This document shows positions 23,644 through 35,548 of a DNA stretch of 64,000 bases, piece after piece. The stretch's first letter is position 1, and every line of letters starts with the position of its first letter. A program made the position numbers and the translations under genes. The stretch comes from Minutocellus sp. GHC0000111 (Eukaryota). Location: positions 3,224,001 through 3,288,000 of the forward strand of contig OZ361257.1 in NCBI GenBank assembly GCA_977018835.1, read 5' to 3'. The notes beneath the pieces were generated by a model that did no database searches, was not told the origin of the DNA, and saw nothing but the letters and a program-made list of their open reading frames with translations.

Positions 23644-24151
23644 GTACCGGTAGATCTACCGGTAGTCTGCTTAAAAAACGGGCACCACCAATGGACTGAA
23701 TGAGTTTGAGAGATGGATAAAAATCTTCGCTAAGCTACGTAGATTTAGTACGGTGCGCAGGAGTCTATTCTAATATCTACTACAAACACAACTGGGCCAT
23801 TGCGTAGTTCATGCCGGTGCCTTTCATTTTACGTACTAGAGTAGTAGTTCAGCAGCCATGAGGAGGAGAAGGAGGCGTGTTGTTGTTGTAACAAAAAAGT
23901 GTCGGGGGGCGGGCACTATCTTTAGGGGTCGCCCTGATCTAATTCTTACGAAAACGATGCGAATATCACCACATACATGACGATCAACCCGGGCCCATGC
24001 ATGGCTGGGTGGCGAGAGTTGTACCAATTGGTAGGAATCCTACTACTGCAAAAGAGAACGCTTGGTGTATGCGCATGGAGCTGTGCTACCGGTGAATAGC
24101 TGTGATGTATGTAGGCCTATGTGTGTGTTACGAGTATCGTACATGTAAAAG

Positions 24152-27100
24152 ATGAAATCCTTGCGAGGCATGTCGAAGCGTATGCTGAGCGTCAAAAAGC
24201 TCGATGTCGAGGGAGGTGGCGATGAGCGGCGAAATACGAGTAAGGCTGGAGGTGCCAACGGCCGACGTCGGCAGCACCCGCCACGGGCTGGTGCTGGGAG
24301 AAGACCGCCTTCCGGTCCTGGCGCTGGACCGCCGGCAGACCCAGACAGATTTGTGAATGATATTTGCAGGCGCCTGCGGTCGAACGATCCGTCCATTGCG
24401 CAACTGAATGTTTACAAATACGAGCTTGGTGATGATCGAATCGAACAGATTGCCGATGCCATCGCCAGCAGCTCTCGAGTTGTCACCCTCGATGTCGGTC
24501 GGAATAATCTCACCGTCGTCGGTGCCAGCGCCCTAGCTGCAGGTCTTAGGGCCAATGAATCTATTCATACTGTCTGGCTCCGAGAGAATGCAATTGGCCA
24601 GTTGGGTGTTGAAGCCATAAGCGACATGATCGAGAGCAATCAATCACTAACAGGCCTGTCCCTGGGAAGAAATGGCATCAACCACGACGGAACTGCCGCT
24701 CTTGCCGCGGCCCTCAAAACAAACCATGTTCTTCGTACGTTGTGGTTGTACGGGAATGAAGTAGGCGATTTGGGTGTTGAATTTATCAGTGAGGCTCTGC
24801 GAGAGAACAACACGCTTGCCGAGTTATACCTTGGTGGCAATCAAATCACAGAACAAGGCGCGGAAAGTCTTTGTGATGTTCTTGCCAATGACAACGATAC
24901 ACTGGTGAAGCTGGAAATGTTTAAAAATCGAGTATCTGACCAAGGAGCATTGATGTTTGCCGAGCTCCTGGGAAAGACCTCCGCTCTCAGTGATTTGAAT
25001 TTAAGAGCGAATGCTATTACGTGTGAGTTGCCTTCTTGCCTGAATAATGATTTCCAGGTCTTCATTCGAATACTTCTGCACGTATGCATGACACGTTCAT
25101 TTCCCTAACGCCTGCGCCATATATATATATATATATATATACTGTTCGAATCGCTTCTCTGTCCCAAATCTTTCCAAATGCTACTCTCGTCCGACACCAT
25201 AGATGATGGCGCTGCAGAATTAGTGAGAGCTTTAACGTACAACGAATCTCTCCAGCAACTTGATTTGAGGGATAATTTATTGAATGAAGAGGAACAGGAT
25301 GCAATAATGGAAGAAGTCGCTGCGTTGCCACGCTCGTTGATTGTATTGGTCAAAAGTAGTCAGCGTCCACGTCCTGCAGCCGCACCGCATCCTCGCCATA
25401 ATCCAGTTGGCCAACATCACTCGCAAGAGACTGGTGGCCCTGCAGGTAGAAAAATCTCCCCTTTACCGCATGGGGCATTTCCACCTATTGATGGGAAGGA
25501 TGAAGTGATCGCATTCGACAGCAATGTGGACAATATCGGTGGCCAGCTTCAGGAGGCTACAGATGCTACACCATCACACCGCCCTTCTCGCCACAATGAC
25601 GACATGGTCTCGTACAAAGACCGCGCACTTGCCACGTCAGCACCAACGGGGACCTTAGTAGTAGATGCCCACGACCATGGCGTTATTCCCAAGCACACTG
25701 CTCATCTCAATTCGGTCGAGCTTGATGCGATCTGTCAAGCCCTTGAGGAGAACGACGGCAGCATCGTGGAACTGGATCTTGCCGACAGAGGCCTCGGAGA
25801 TACAGGAACAGATGCCCTTTCGGGGCCAATATGTCAATCCCACACTCTCCGTGTCCTCAATCTCAAAAACAACAACATGACATACGATGGTGTTTCCACT
25901 CTGGCTTCATACATGCGATCTACCGACGAAGGCGACGGCAATGGAGAGCCGGCGCCATTCCTTGTACACGCTTTGGAAATCAATATAGGCTGGAATGACA
26001 TTCTTGATCGCGGAATCGTATCTCTCAGTATGTCTCTGCGAGAGGCCATGGAGCTCCGACGTCTTTTCATCAATAACGCTGCTTTGGCCGATGAGGCTAC
26101 TGCAGCACTCAGCGACATGCTTAAATGCATCCGAGTAGAACAGCTGCATCTACGACATAATTCTGTGGGTTCCGACGGCGCGGCGCTCCTAAGCGAGGCG
26201 CTAAATGACGACGCATCCATGGCTGCGCTACTTTTGGGGTGGAATGACATCGGCGCAACGGGCGCTGAATTCATTTGTGATTCGTTGCGGCGAAACAAAA
26301 CTCTTCAAATTCTCGATGTAGATGGTAATGATCTTGGTAGCGACGGTGCAGCGGCAGTCTCCTTGGCTCTGCGGGACAATACTTCGCTCTCGTCCATTTG
26401 GCTTGCCTCGAATAACATCGGTGATCTTGGGATCGACAGTTTGTCAGACTCTTTCACGTTCAATTCAACTTTGCTGACTCTTGATTTGGAAAACAATGGA
26501 ATAACAGCCGAAGGTGGAGCTCTGTTGGCCGTAGCCTTGAGGCATAATTCAACCCTTGAAAATCTCTGGCTCGGGAGCAACTCAATAGGTGCGTAAAAGG
26601 ATGCGCTTTTCTTGTTTCTTTCGTGTATGCGCGCGCAATTTCTGTCTTAACATGTTATCTTTCCTTCTCTTTCATAATCTTGAATTGCAGGCGATGAGGG
26701 TGTTGAGTGCATCAGTGATGCGCTGAGCGCAAACACCTCCATAAGAGAACTTTCACTTCGCTTCAATGGCATTACAAGTGAAGGAGCGTCCATGATCGCC
26801 TCATCATTGAGAGACATATGTCATCTTGAATCTCTCTGGCTCGGAGGGAATCCCATCCATGATTCCGGAGTTTTGTCGCTCGCAGATTCTCTTTGTGTCA
26901 ATTCATCTCTTCGGCTTCTCTGTCTGGAGAGCACCGGAATCACTGACGATGGAGCCTCCAAAATTTATGCAGCTCTTGAAGAGAACGGCACCATTGCCAC
27001 GATTCTTCTTGGCTGCAATAAAATTGGTGACAAAGGCGTCCTTGCCATGATTTATCACGCCCTCAAGGCAAACCGTTCGGCGATGGAGTGGGAGACGTCA

Positions 27101-27178
27101 GAAAAGGATTGTTTGTATTACATCAAGCAAAATGAACATGAAAAGGAAATTCGTCTCCCAGAAAATCTTTTTTACTAG
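24152..27178 (+). CDS. RNI-like (NLRC3-type) leucine-rich repeat protein (exons 24152-25022, 25203-26588, 26691-27178)
   Basis: Many 28-aa LxxLxLxxNxIxxxG repeats in two blocks; GT-AG introns in phase. Confidence 0.9.
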
Positions 27179-27862
27179 CTGGCATAGCTAGATACTCCCG
27201 AGGTAATTGCGCAGCGCACGTAGCGCAGTTTGAAGTAATGACTGCCTACAATTATTTGTCTGTGCATAGCCGATATCCAAATCGCCAAGATCCGCTAACT
27301 TTACATATATAATAGAAACTTCACCACAATAAATATTCGTCTTACTAGTAATTGTTAATTAAAGATACAGTAAATTATTATTATATAGCAACATAATACA
27401 TTTCATCGTCTCTGCAGGGAGGCGCGCTTCAGTATTCTGAGTGGCCGCCATCGCTGCTCTAGCTAGCTAGCTAGCTACGTAGCTACCAAAATTGGTAGGG
27501 AAGGAATAAAATTTCACTTGTATCAGCACCCATTCTTTACCCTTCACGCACAGTAGCAGCAGAGATAGCATAGCAAATATTAATACAGATAAATAGATGA
27601 GCATGTGTGCGTGCGGATGGGTGTGGTGTGTCAGTGTGCGGTGGTACAAACATCGGGTATGAAGTCTAGCTAGCTCGACCGAGATGCGATGATGCTGGTT
27701 CCGTAGATCTGGTTTTGGTACGTCGTACGGAAAAACGTAAATAAAGTTATATGCAAACAAATCATACAGGGATATATCAATAAATATATGAACACTCAGT
27801 TGCACACTTTCTTCGGTGAAAGGTGGGCATTAGACGGGGCGCGGCACACATGAATATAATAT

Positions 27863-30800
27863 TCAAGATGCATTGTTGTTGGTGGTGGTGCTTTTGTTGT
27901 CGGCTTCCATCCTGGCGATTGCGAATCTGACAGCGTCTTTATCAGCTGATGCAATGCAGAGATGCTTTCTTCTTTGCTCGTTCCTTCCTTCTTGGAGATC
28001 GCTATTAGGTGCCTGACTTCCAATAGGGGCTTCAGATGATTGGCCGTCTTCTTCAAAGTCAGTGCCGGGCCACTTGGATGGCAGAGGCGGCGGAGAAAGC
28101 ATACGTCTCCCCATCCCACGACATTTGTTGGCACTGGTCGATTCGCCAATACCCAGCGAGAAGGTTTGCGCAGGGGGTGTTATCAGATCCCTTGCGGGTG
28201 GAGTGTAAGCCTTTGCACTCGATGGAGGCCTAGCAGCTACTTGGGACTCGTCCTCGTCATGACCGATGGGAAGACCGAGAGCGCTTTCAGCTCTTGATGA
28301 TGCCCTTCTGGCGACTCCGTAATACGACGGAATGCCCCAATTGAGAGATGCCTCGGATTCCTGTCTATTCAAATTGTTGAAATGAGCGAGAAGACTTCCC
28401 GACGATCCAAAGGACTGGCGCTTGTTGTGGTCCTGCAAATTGTTAAGATTGCAGTGCGATCCACTTGGGGTCGAAAGAGTCTCTCCTGATTCCGACCTTG
28501 ATTTACTCGAAATGGCGGCGAAGTAGTATGGGTCTGTAGAATCTGTGTTTTGGTGTGGAGTCACAGCAGATGCAGCGTTCAAGCTCATCGACACCCCGTT
28601 ACTCGCTGTTGCGTCGGGATTTTCACCATCATTCTTCGGCGATGGCTCCTCTTGGACGATGTCCATACCATATAAGCTAGAGGAAGACGTCTGTGAGAGA
28701 ATGCGCTGTCCACCGACCTGTACCGATGAGGCTGCTCTATTCATCGTTGCCATAGAATGAGAGACCTCTGGCGATGGTGAAAAGGTGACAGACCGAGCCT
28801 TTTTTAGTTTGGGCACATTGCCTGCGCTTCGCGCCCCACCACCTTGTCGCCCCGATTGTCTCGCGCTCAGCTTGGTCGACTCCAAAGTAGAGGAGGATGA
28901 AGAGGAGGAAAGGTCTTTCTTGAGAAGTCCTCCGTCATTGGTCTCTTCAGATGGACTCTGGCCTTGATGGCCTCCGCATGTCTCTGATATTTCCATTGGC
29001 ATCGTAGGTAGGTGAGATGATTTGCTGTCGGCCATACTCCTTCTCTTCTTTGCTCGCCCACCAGCATATTCGTCGCTATTCTCCGCACTATTTTCCGTTG
29101 ATAGGTCAGAGTGGAGTTGTGGAATGAATATCACAAGAGGCAAAGACATTGTGAGATACAAATCGCCCGGACTTGGCTCTAAAGTGTCAGCATCGACCGA
29201 AATTATCTACATACCTTTCAGCCCGGGTGTTTTCCACTTCTGCATGAATCGTTGCTGCTGCAACTTCCTCAGGTGAGTTGAGGAAGAACATGTCGTTAGA
29301 ACCCTGGCTTCCATCGCAGCTATCACTCAACGACCCATCGTCCAAGTCCGATACGCCTTTGCTTCTTGCCCGGTGCGCATCTATGAGTTTTTGGAGCGAA
29401 CCCCCAGACTTGGATGGTGTAAGAACTGATCGTACCATGAATCCTGGGGGCAACTGCATGCCCGCATTGTGTGACTGGCTGTTTGATGATGCGCCATTGC
29501 GTCTTGGGGTTGTCTGGGAGGACGACAGTGGTAGGGAAGTATGGGAGGAACTTCTCCCGGGCGTCGTTCTAGTTCCGACTGAATGTCTTGAAGTGGCACT
29601 CTGATGATCTCCACCGAAGCTTAGGGTCTTGATAGGGAAGCCATCGTCAACCTTCATTCGGTCCAGCGAATTCGTTGAGGATCCCATTGAAAACGCCAAT
29701 GAGTTGGAAGACTCAAGACGCTGTTTTCCGGAGAGACCGTGACCTTCGTTAAAGCCCGAAAGAAGTCCATCCATGACGGCACCCATATCGTCACCATTGT
29801 TTGCGCAAAACTGGTTGGTCGATGGAAACGGAGGTGGCTTGCTAGAATCAGCCTTTGAAGTAGTACCGAGGCCTCGACGCGAAGAGCTCAACAGCGGGGA
29901 GGGAGGGTCATCTTCGCCAAAGAGCAAATCAGCCAATCTACCATCCTCCGCTGTCCGCCTTGGACTCAAAAAGGAACCAGGAGAGGAATGAGCGGACGCA
30001 TTTCGTTGACTTCTGGAAGGATTAGCTTTTGCGGAGCTTTCCGCCGCCGCTGCTACAGCCCAAGCCGGAGTTTCAATCATTGGGCTGCGTTCCAGCATGC
30101 TGCTGCCAGTACTACCACCACCAGGGCTCGTCATGCTGGCCGGTAGAGGTCTTCGAGGAGAAAGATTGAAACCACGCACAGAGCCTCCGGGCGATGGTCT
30201 GGGATGGGAAGGCGCCGCTCCCGTTGGAGGAAGTGGCGCTGTGGGTTGAGCCGGATGCACTTGGCTCTGGGCGGTAGCGTTGGTAGGCCTAGTGCCAGCA
30301 TGTAGTGCGACATCAAGGAGTCGATCAAGGTCCCTTGTAGGCTCCTGGTCCTTTTGGGACTTCTGTCCGGGAGACCCCCCCAACGATTTTGGTCCTCGTG
30401 CGTTCTCTTCTAGATTGATGCCCCTGTCGTTTTCCTCGGTTTCAAACGATTTGGTCAATACCATGACGGGAACATGTTTCGGCGAAAATTGTAACTTCAG
30501 GGGAGATGGAGAGGTGAATGGTTCGCCATTTTCTCCTTCTTCGTGTTGCTTTTCTTCGTCACCACCGGCGACGTCAGCGGAAGACATGCCGGTAGAAGTA
30601 TCAAAACTAGTGTCGAGCGGATTGCTATCGCTACCGCCGGCGGCGAGAGCAGAGCTCAATCCACTCATGGAACTGATATGGGAGGTACCGGATCCCTGTC
30701 GGCGGTGACAAGGTCGACCTCCAAGGAGCATGAGGGGGTTGGGGCTGGGCGTTCGAGACCGATATGGTCCAAAGCAGCTGCCCCCTCCAACGGAGCTGCC

Positions 30801-31991
30801 GCCAATCGACCCAAGCGCACTAGATGGGCAGAGACTGCCGCCTCGACGTGGAGAAGTCTGCGGTGTCTGCAACATGGTTGTCGGAGTATTGGCTCCAGAA
30901 AGGACGTCGTGACTGGAGTTGCTGCTACCGCGTCTTGAGGTGGGGAAGGTCGCCGTCTCCATACTTCTATTGGACGGGGGGAGGGTGATGGATTCATGCC
31001 CTTTTAGGTTGTTGGTATTGTCTTGAGTGTCGTTCTCTGGAGAAAAGCTGGGCGGCGGGGGTGGCGGTGCGCCAGCAGCAGCCTCGTTGATGTAGTTGTT
31101 CGACTGCTGAAGATGACCATCCCTTTGAGGGCTGTGGATGGACATGCCCTCGAGCCCAATGCTTCCTGGCGACATTGGATGAGGAGTCCTTTGACACGTT
31201 AGCTGGCTGGGCGAAGAAGATACTCTGGCGACCGCCTCGCCAACCCCAGCACCAATTCTTGCGTTCGAATTCGATAGAGAGGAACTGAAGGGGCCGTTGG
31301 CACTGTAGGCCCTTCTCTTGCGACCTCGTTCCGAGAACATCGAGGAGTTGATTCGCCCCTGAGGTGGGTGGTGCAATTGCTGATGCGGTTGAGCGGAAGA
31401 CGACACCTGCTGCACCGGGAAGGGCCGTTGCTGCCTAGTTTGGCTACTCCCGGTGGAACTGTCCGAGGAAGGAACCCCAACACTGACCACGCCTGCTCCC
31501 TTCGGGGCGAATAGCACGCGGCCCTGAAGTCCTTTGGGCCGAAGGAAAGAGGTGTACGACGTGGCGGGGGCTCGGGGTGGCGTCTTGCCGGACGGAACTG
31601 GCCTGGTAAGTGCCCGACGCGATGGTGACGAACCGTTCGAACCGGGATTTGATCGGATTGGTCGACTGGACGCCGAGGGGAAGAAGGATTGATCAGGGGT
31701 CACGTAATTCTTCCCGGGGCTAGACGAGAAAGACGATGAGTCGAAGCTATCGCTCTCCCCGGTCTCGAAATGAGCCATGGTCGGACGACAGCCAGTGCTG
31801 CTATCCTCGTCCGATGGGAAGGGATGGCTGCCCCTCGAAGTAAAATCAGCGATGCCATCAGGAGCAGAGTTGGTGGCGGCAGCGGCGGCGGCAGTGCCAC
31901 CGGTACTAGTAGGAGGCGCCGGCGTCTCTCCTTCATGGGTGCCAAACCCGCCATCATCAATCATCTCTGGCTGAAGAAAAGGGGTCACCAC
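27863..31991 (-). CDS. Large low-complexity Ser/Pro/Gly-rich protein (intron 29214-29088); start uncertain
   Basis: 934-aa and 432-aa ORFs joined in frame by a GT-AG intron. Confidence 0.7.
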
Positions 31992-32355
31992 CGCATGTGT
32001 GCCTCCGCTTGCGCTGGCAATGCCGTCCCTGGCATTCCGCTGCCGCCTGCTGTTGCTGCTGCTGCTGCCGTCGCCGATACCGACGCCGCCGCGGAGCCGT
32101 AGACATTGGCACTCCCTCCGAGTCGGTCACGATCACCGCGTACGCTCTCGCTGATATCGATTTCCCGGCCAGCTGATGCGCGCGCGGAGTACAATTTCGC
32201 AGTACCCCTTTTTTGTTCATGTTTTTACTTGCTTGATGTGATTTAAGTTTAGGGGGGGATCCTCCTCATCTGGGCAGACCCCACATACAAACTGTTTGAT
32301 GTGGATCTCATCAGGTCCCGACCGAGTTTATTGACGGCGATGTGGAGGAGGCTCG

Positions 32356-33258
32356 TCAAAGGATTCTAAGCTGGTCCATGTACCTCCAAAGGAGCTTTGG
32401 GTGGATCAAATCGTCAACCTCATGCACGATGCAGTTTGTCACCTCGAATGACTCCAGGATTTTGGCGCCATTGACCGTAACACCGCCATCTTCCTCGCCA
32501 CCAAACCCAAGGAAGCCGCCCTTCTTGGTCTTTCCAATGGGCAGGTCACCCTTTTCACATTGAACATTTGCATGATAAGACAAAAGATGGGACAAAAGGA
32601 GTCAGAGTGAAATGCATTGATATTACGTACAGTAGTCATACCCTCCAAAACGAAAAGCTCCTCATGTGTTGCAATTATTTATGTCAGCTGTACATGCATG
32701 CACTCACCCCCAGTGTCTTGATGCCGCCGGTATTGCTGTCATAGATTTGCTTGGACGACACAGGTGCAGCGATCGCATGATATCTGCCAATCTTTTCGGT
32801 CGTCTCCAGATTCCTTGGGTCGTTCAACTGCAGCAATTTCTTTTCGCCGAGCTTATCGAACGCCTTGTTATTCGGCGCAAAGATTGTGTATCCTCCATCG
32901 CCCGTGGAGAGCTCCTTCCAAATGTCCTGATTCGACAAGAGTTGCATGAATGCTGGATACTTTTGGTTGAGAAACATCTCCATGACCCTCGTGTCGAACG
33001 GCTTCTTCTCGTCATCGGAAGACGATGTGCCCCCTTCGGCGGCGGTGGCAGCATCAGAGCTCGTGGCAGACGCATCATCACCAGCCGTGGCCCACAGCCG
33101 CCGCGGCTGCTGCCGCGAGGTCAGGGCTTGACGAGGAGGTGCAGCGTATTGCTGCTGATGGGGAAACTGAAAGGCGCTGCATGATGGAACCACACTGCCG
33201 ACAGTTGCAGTGCAAGGTAGCATGCTGCTGCCACGACGCTACTTGGTCTCAACGTCAT
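32356..33258 (-). CDS. Fasciclin (FAS1) domain protein, plastid-targeted (intron 32707-32551)
   Basis: YTIFAPNNKAF, YH and IVHEVDDLI FAS1 motifs; AF motif. The best signal peptide starts at ATG 33258 in a different frame; the alternative ATG is 33223. Confidence 0.8.
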
Positions 33259-33507
33259 CGTTCGAATTCGCAAATGACGAGGAATGGCGCAAAGCAAAAG
33301 TGCGGGCATTGAGAGGTGCGTCGCGTACAAAATGTTCACGTTTTGCGTTTAGAGTTTTCGCTTTTCAGGTTTTCGTCTGGCCGTCGCCGCGTTGTTCCTC
33401 ATTCTTCATTCTCGGCCGCCGCCGCGCGCGCGCCGCCGCTCGTTTGCATTTTGCATTTGCAGCCAGCGCATGCATATCTTTTTCTTCGGCACCAACCACC
33501 ACCGAAG

Positions 33508-35548
33508 ATGATCCGTGGAGCCATCTCCATCGCCAGCCGCCGATCGGCGGCAATCGGAGGCAGCAACTTCTTTGCCGCCACTTCTTGCCAGAGCCGGCCC
33601 ATTTCTGCCACGGCCTTCTCCGCCATCTCGGCAAGGACCATCCCAACCCTCCAGTCCTCCGTTGGGCTCGATAGCGATGACGAAGGCGACGCCATGCCCC
33701 CCAACAACTGCCATGGGTCTCTCACCAAGATCGTGGCGACTATCGGCCCCACTTCCGAGCAGCTTCCCGTCCTGCAGGAACTCGTCCACGCTGGAATGAC
33801 TGTCATGCGCCTCAACTTTTCCCATGCCACCGTCGAGGAGGTTGAGCTCCGTACCACCAACCTCAAGGCATGCAAGGTGAGACGCTTTTATTTGGGTTTC
33901 GTGCGAGATTTTGCGAATACACGCGCATGCAATGTAAATTTTGGCTAATTGATCATGATCTGCAATTTCTTGCCTTTCAATTCATTTCCATTTCGCCAGG
34001 GACGACACGCACCAGCGTCCGAGCTTCCCTGCTACGGTGGATCGACTCCAGAGGATGGTCCTGATAACAATGTTCGTGCCATTCTGCTGGACACTCGGGG
34101 GCCTGAAATTCGCACTGGTAAGCTTGCCAATGACCACTCCGGCCACGAGACTGTCACTTTTGAGGCTGGTGCCACCGTCACACTTCATACCGATGAAGTT
34201 TGGGCTGACAAGGGATCATCCAATACCGATCTTTACATCAATTATGCCAATCTGCACAAATCGGTCGTTCCCGGTATGAAGGTGTTGCTCGACGATGGCG
34301 CCATCATCCTTACCGTGACGGCAGTTGAATCTGACAAGGACTATCACGGCACAGTCACCTGCAGCGTCGATAATACCGGTGAGCTGCGTTCCCGTGCTGG
34401 CGTCAATCTGCCCGGGGCCGAGACGGACCTTCCTGCTATGTCTGATAAGGATAAGGTTGATATCAAGTACGGAATGACCAAGGATGTGGACTTTGTTGCC
34501 GCCTCCTTTATTCAGAATGCCGACGGCGTGCGAGAGATTCGCAAGTACATGCAGGACTGTGCTCGGGAACTTGGATGGCATGTATCGCAGCCTCTTCCTC
34601 TTATCATTTCCAAGATTGAGAGTACAACCGGAGTCAAGAACTTTGACGAAATTCTGGAAGAGAGTGATGGCATCATGGTTGCGAGGCGATCTTGGTGTGG
34701 AAATTCCCATCCAAACCGTAACCAATGCCCAAAAGGAGATGGTGGCCGCATGCAATGCTGCTGGAAAGCCAGGTACGTTATGACATATTCAGAGAAAAGT
34801 ATGGTGATATCTGATTTTTAGCTTTGCGTTATTTCCTTTGAGCAGGTTGGCATACTAGTACATACATTTTCTTACATCAGCTTTTCCATCGTATCCATTG
34901 CAACAAAACCAAAAGTTATCGTGGCGACGCAGATGCTCGAGTCGATGGCGAAGAATCCTCGCCCAACACGTGCGGAGGTTGCTGATGTGACCAATGCGGT
35001 TTACGATGGAGCTGATGCAGTGATGCTGAGTGGAGAAACAGCCAAGGGGCGGTATCCCGTTGATACTGTCAAGATGATGTTAAATGTTATCAAGTCGGCA
35101 GAAAAGTTTGAGAATCGCAGAGACGATTTGGTTATTCCTCACATTGGAAAGTGGAAGACGCATGATAACCTTGCCGAAGTGACTCTGGCCAAGAGTGCCG
35201 TAACGGCTGCTCAGGAGCGAAATGCCAAGGCAATTCTCGTTTTGACTTCTAGGGGTACTCTTCCCCGCTTCGTTTCGGCGTACCGATTCAGTCCCCATCA
35301 TTTCGTTCTGCCCCAATGGCAAGGTAGCCAAGCAGCTTATGCTGAACCGTGGTGTTCACCCTGTTATTGGCCTCAATGGTGTTTCAATGCCCAAACGCCC
35401 AATCCGTGCCATCCGCCACGCCGTTGAGATGGGATTTGTCAAGGAGGGTGATGATGTTGTTGTTGCAACGATGGAAGCTGATGAGGACATGGGCACTATC
35501 GCGACACTCAAGGTTGCTACCGTTCCGGCGGGAGTTGTGGAGTCGTAA
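33508..35548 (+). pseudogene. PK: Pyruvate kinase, likely mitochondrial, with two frameshifts (exons 33508-33876, 34000-34772, 34916-35548)
   Basis: TKIVATIGP, RLNFSH, LDTRGPEIRTG, IISKIE, DGIMVA[fs][37 protein letters not shown]; Arg/Ser/Ala-rich presequence; frameshifts near 34682 and 35287. Confidence 0.85.
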
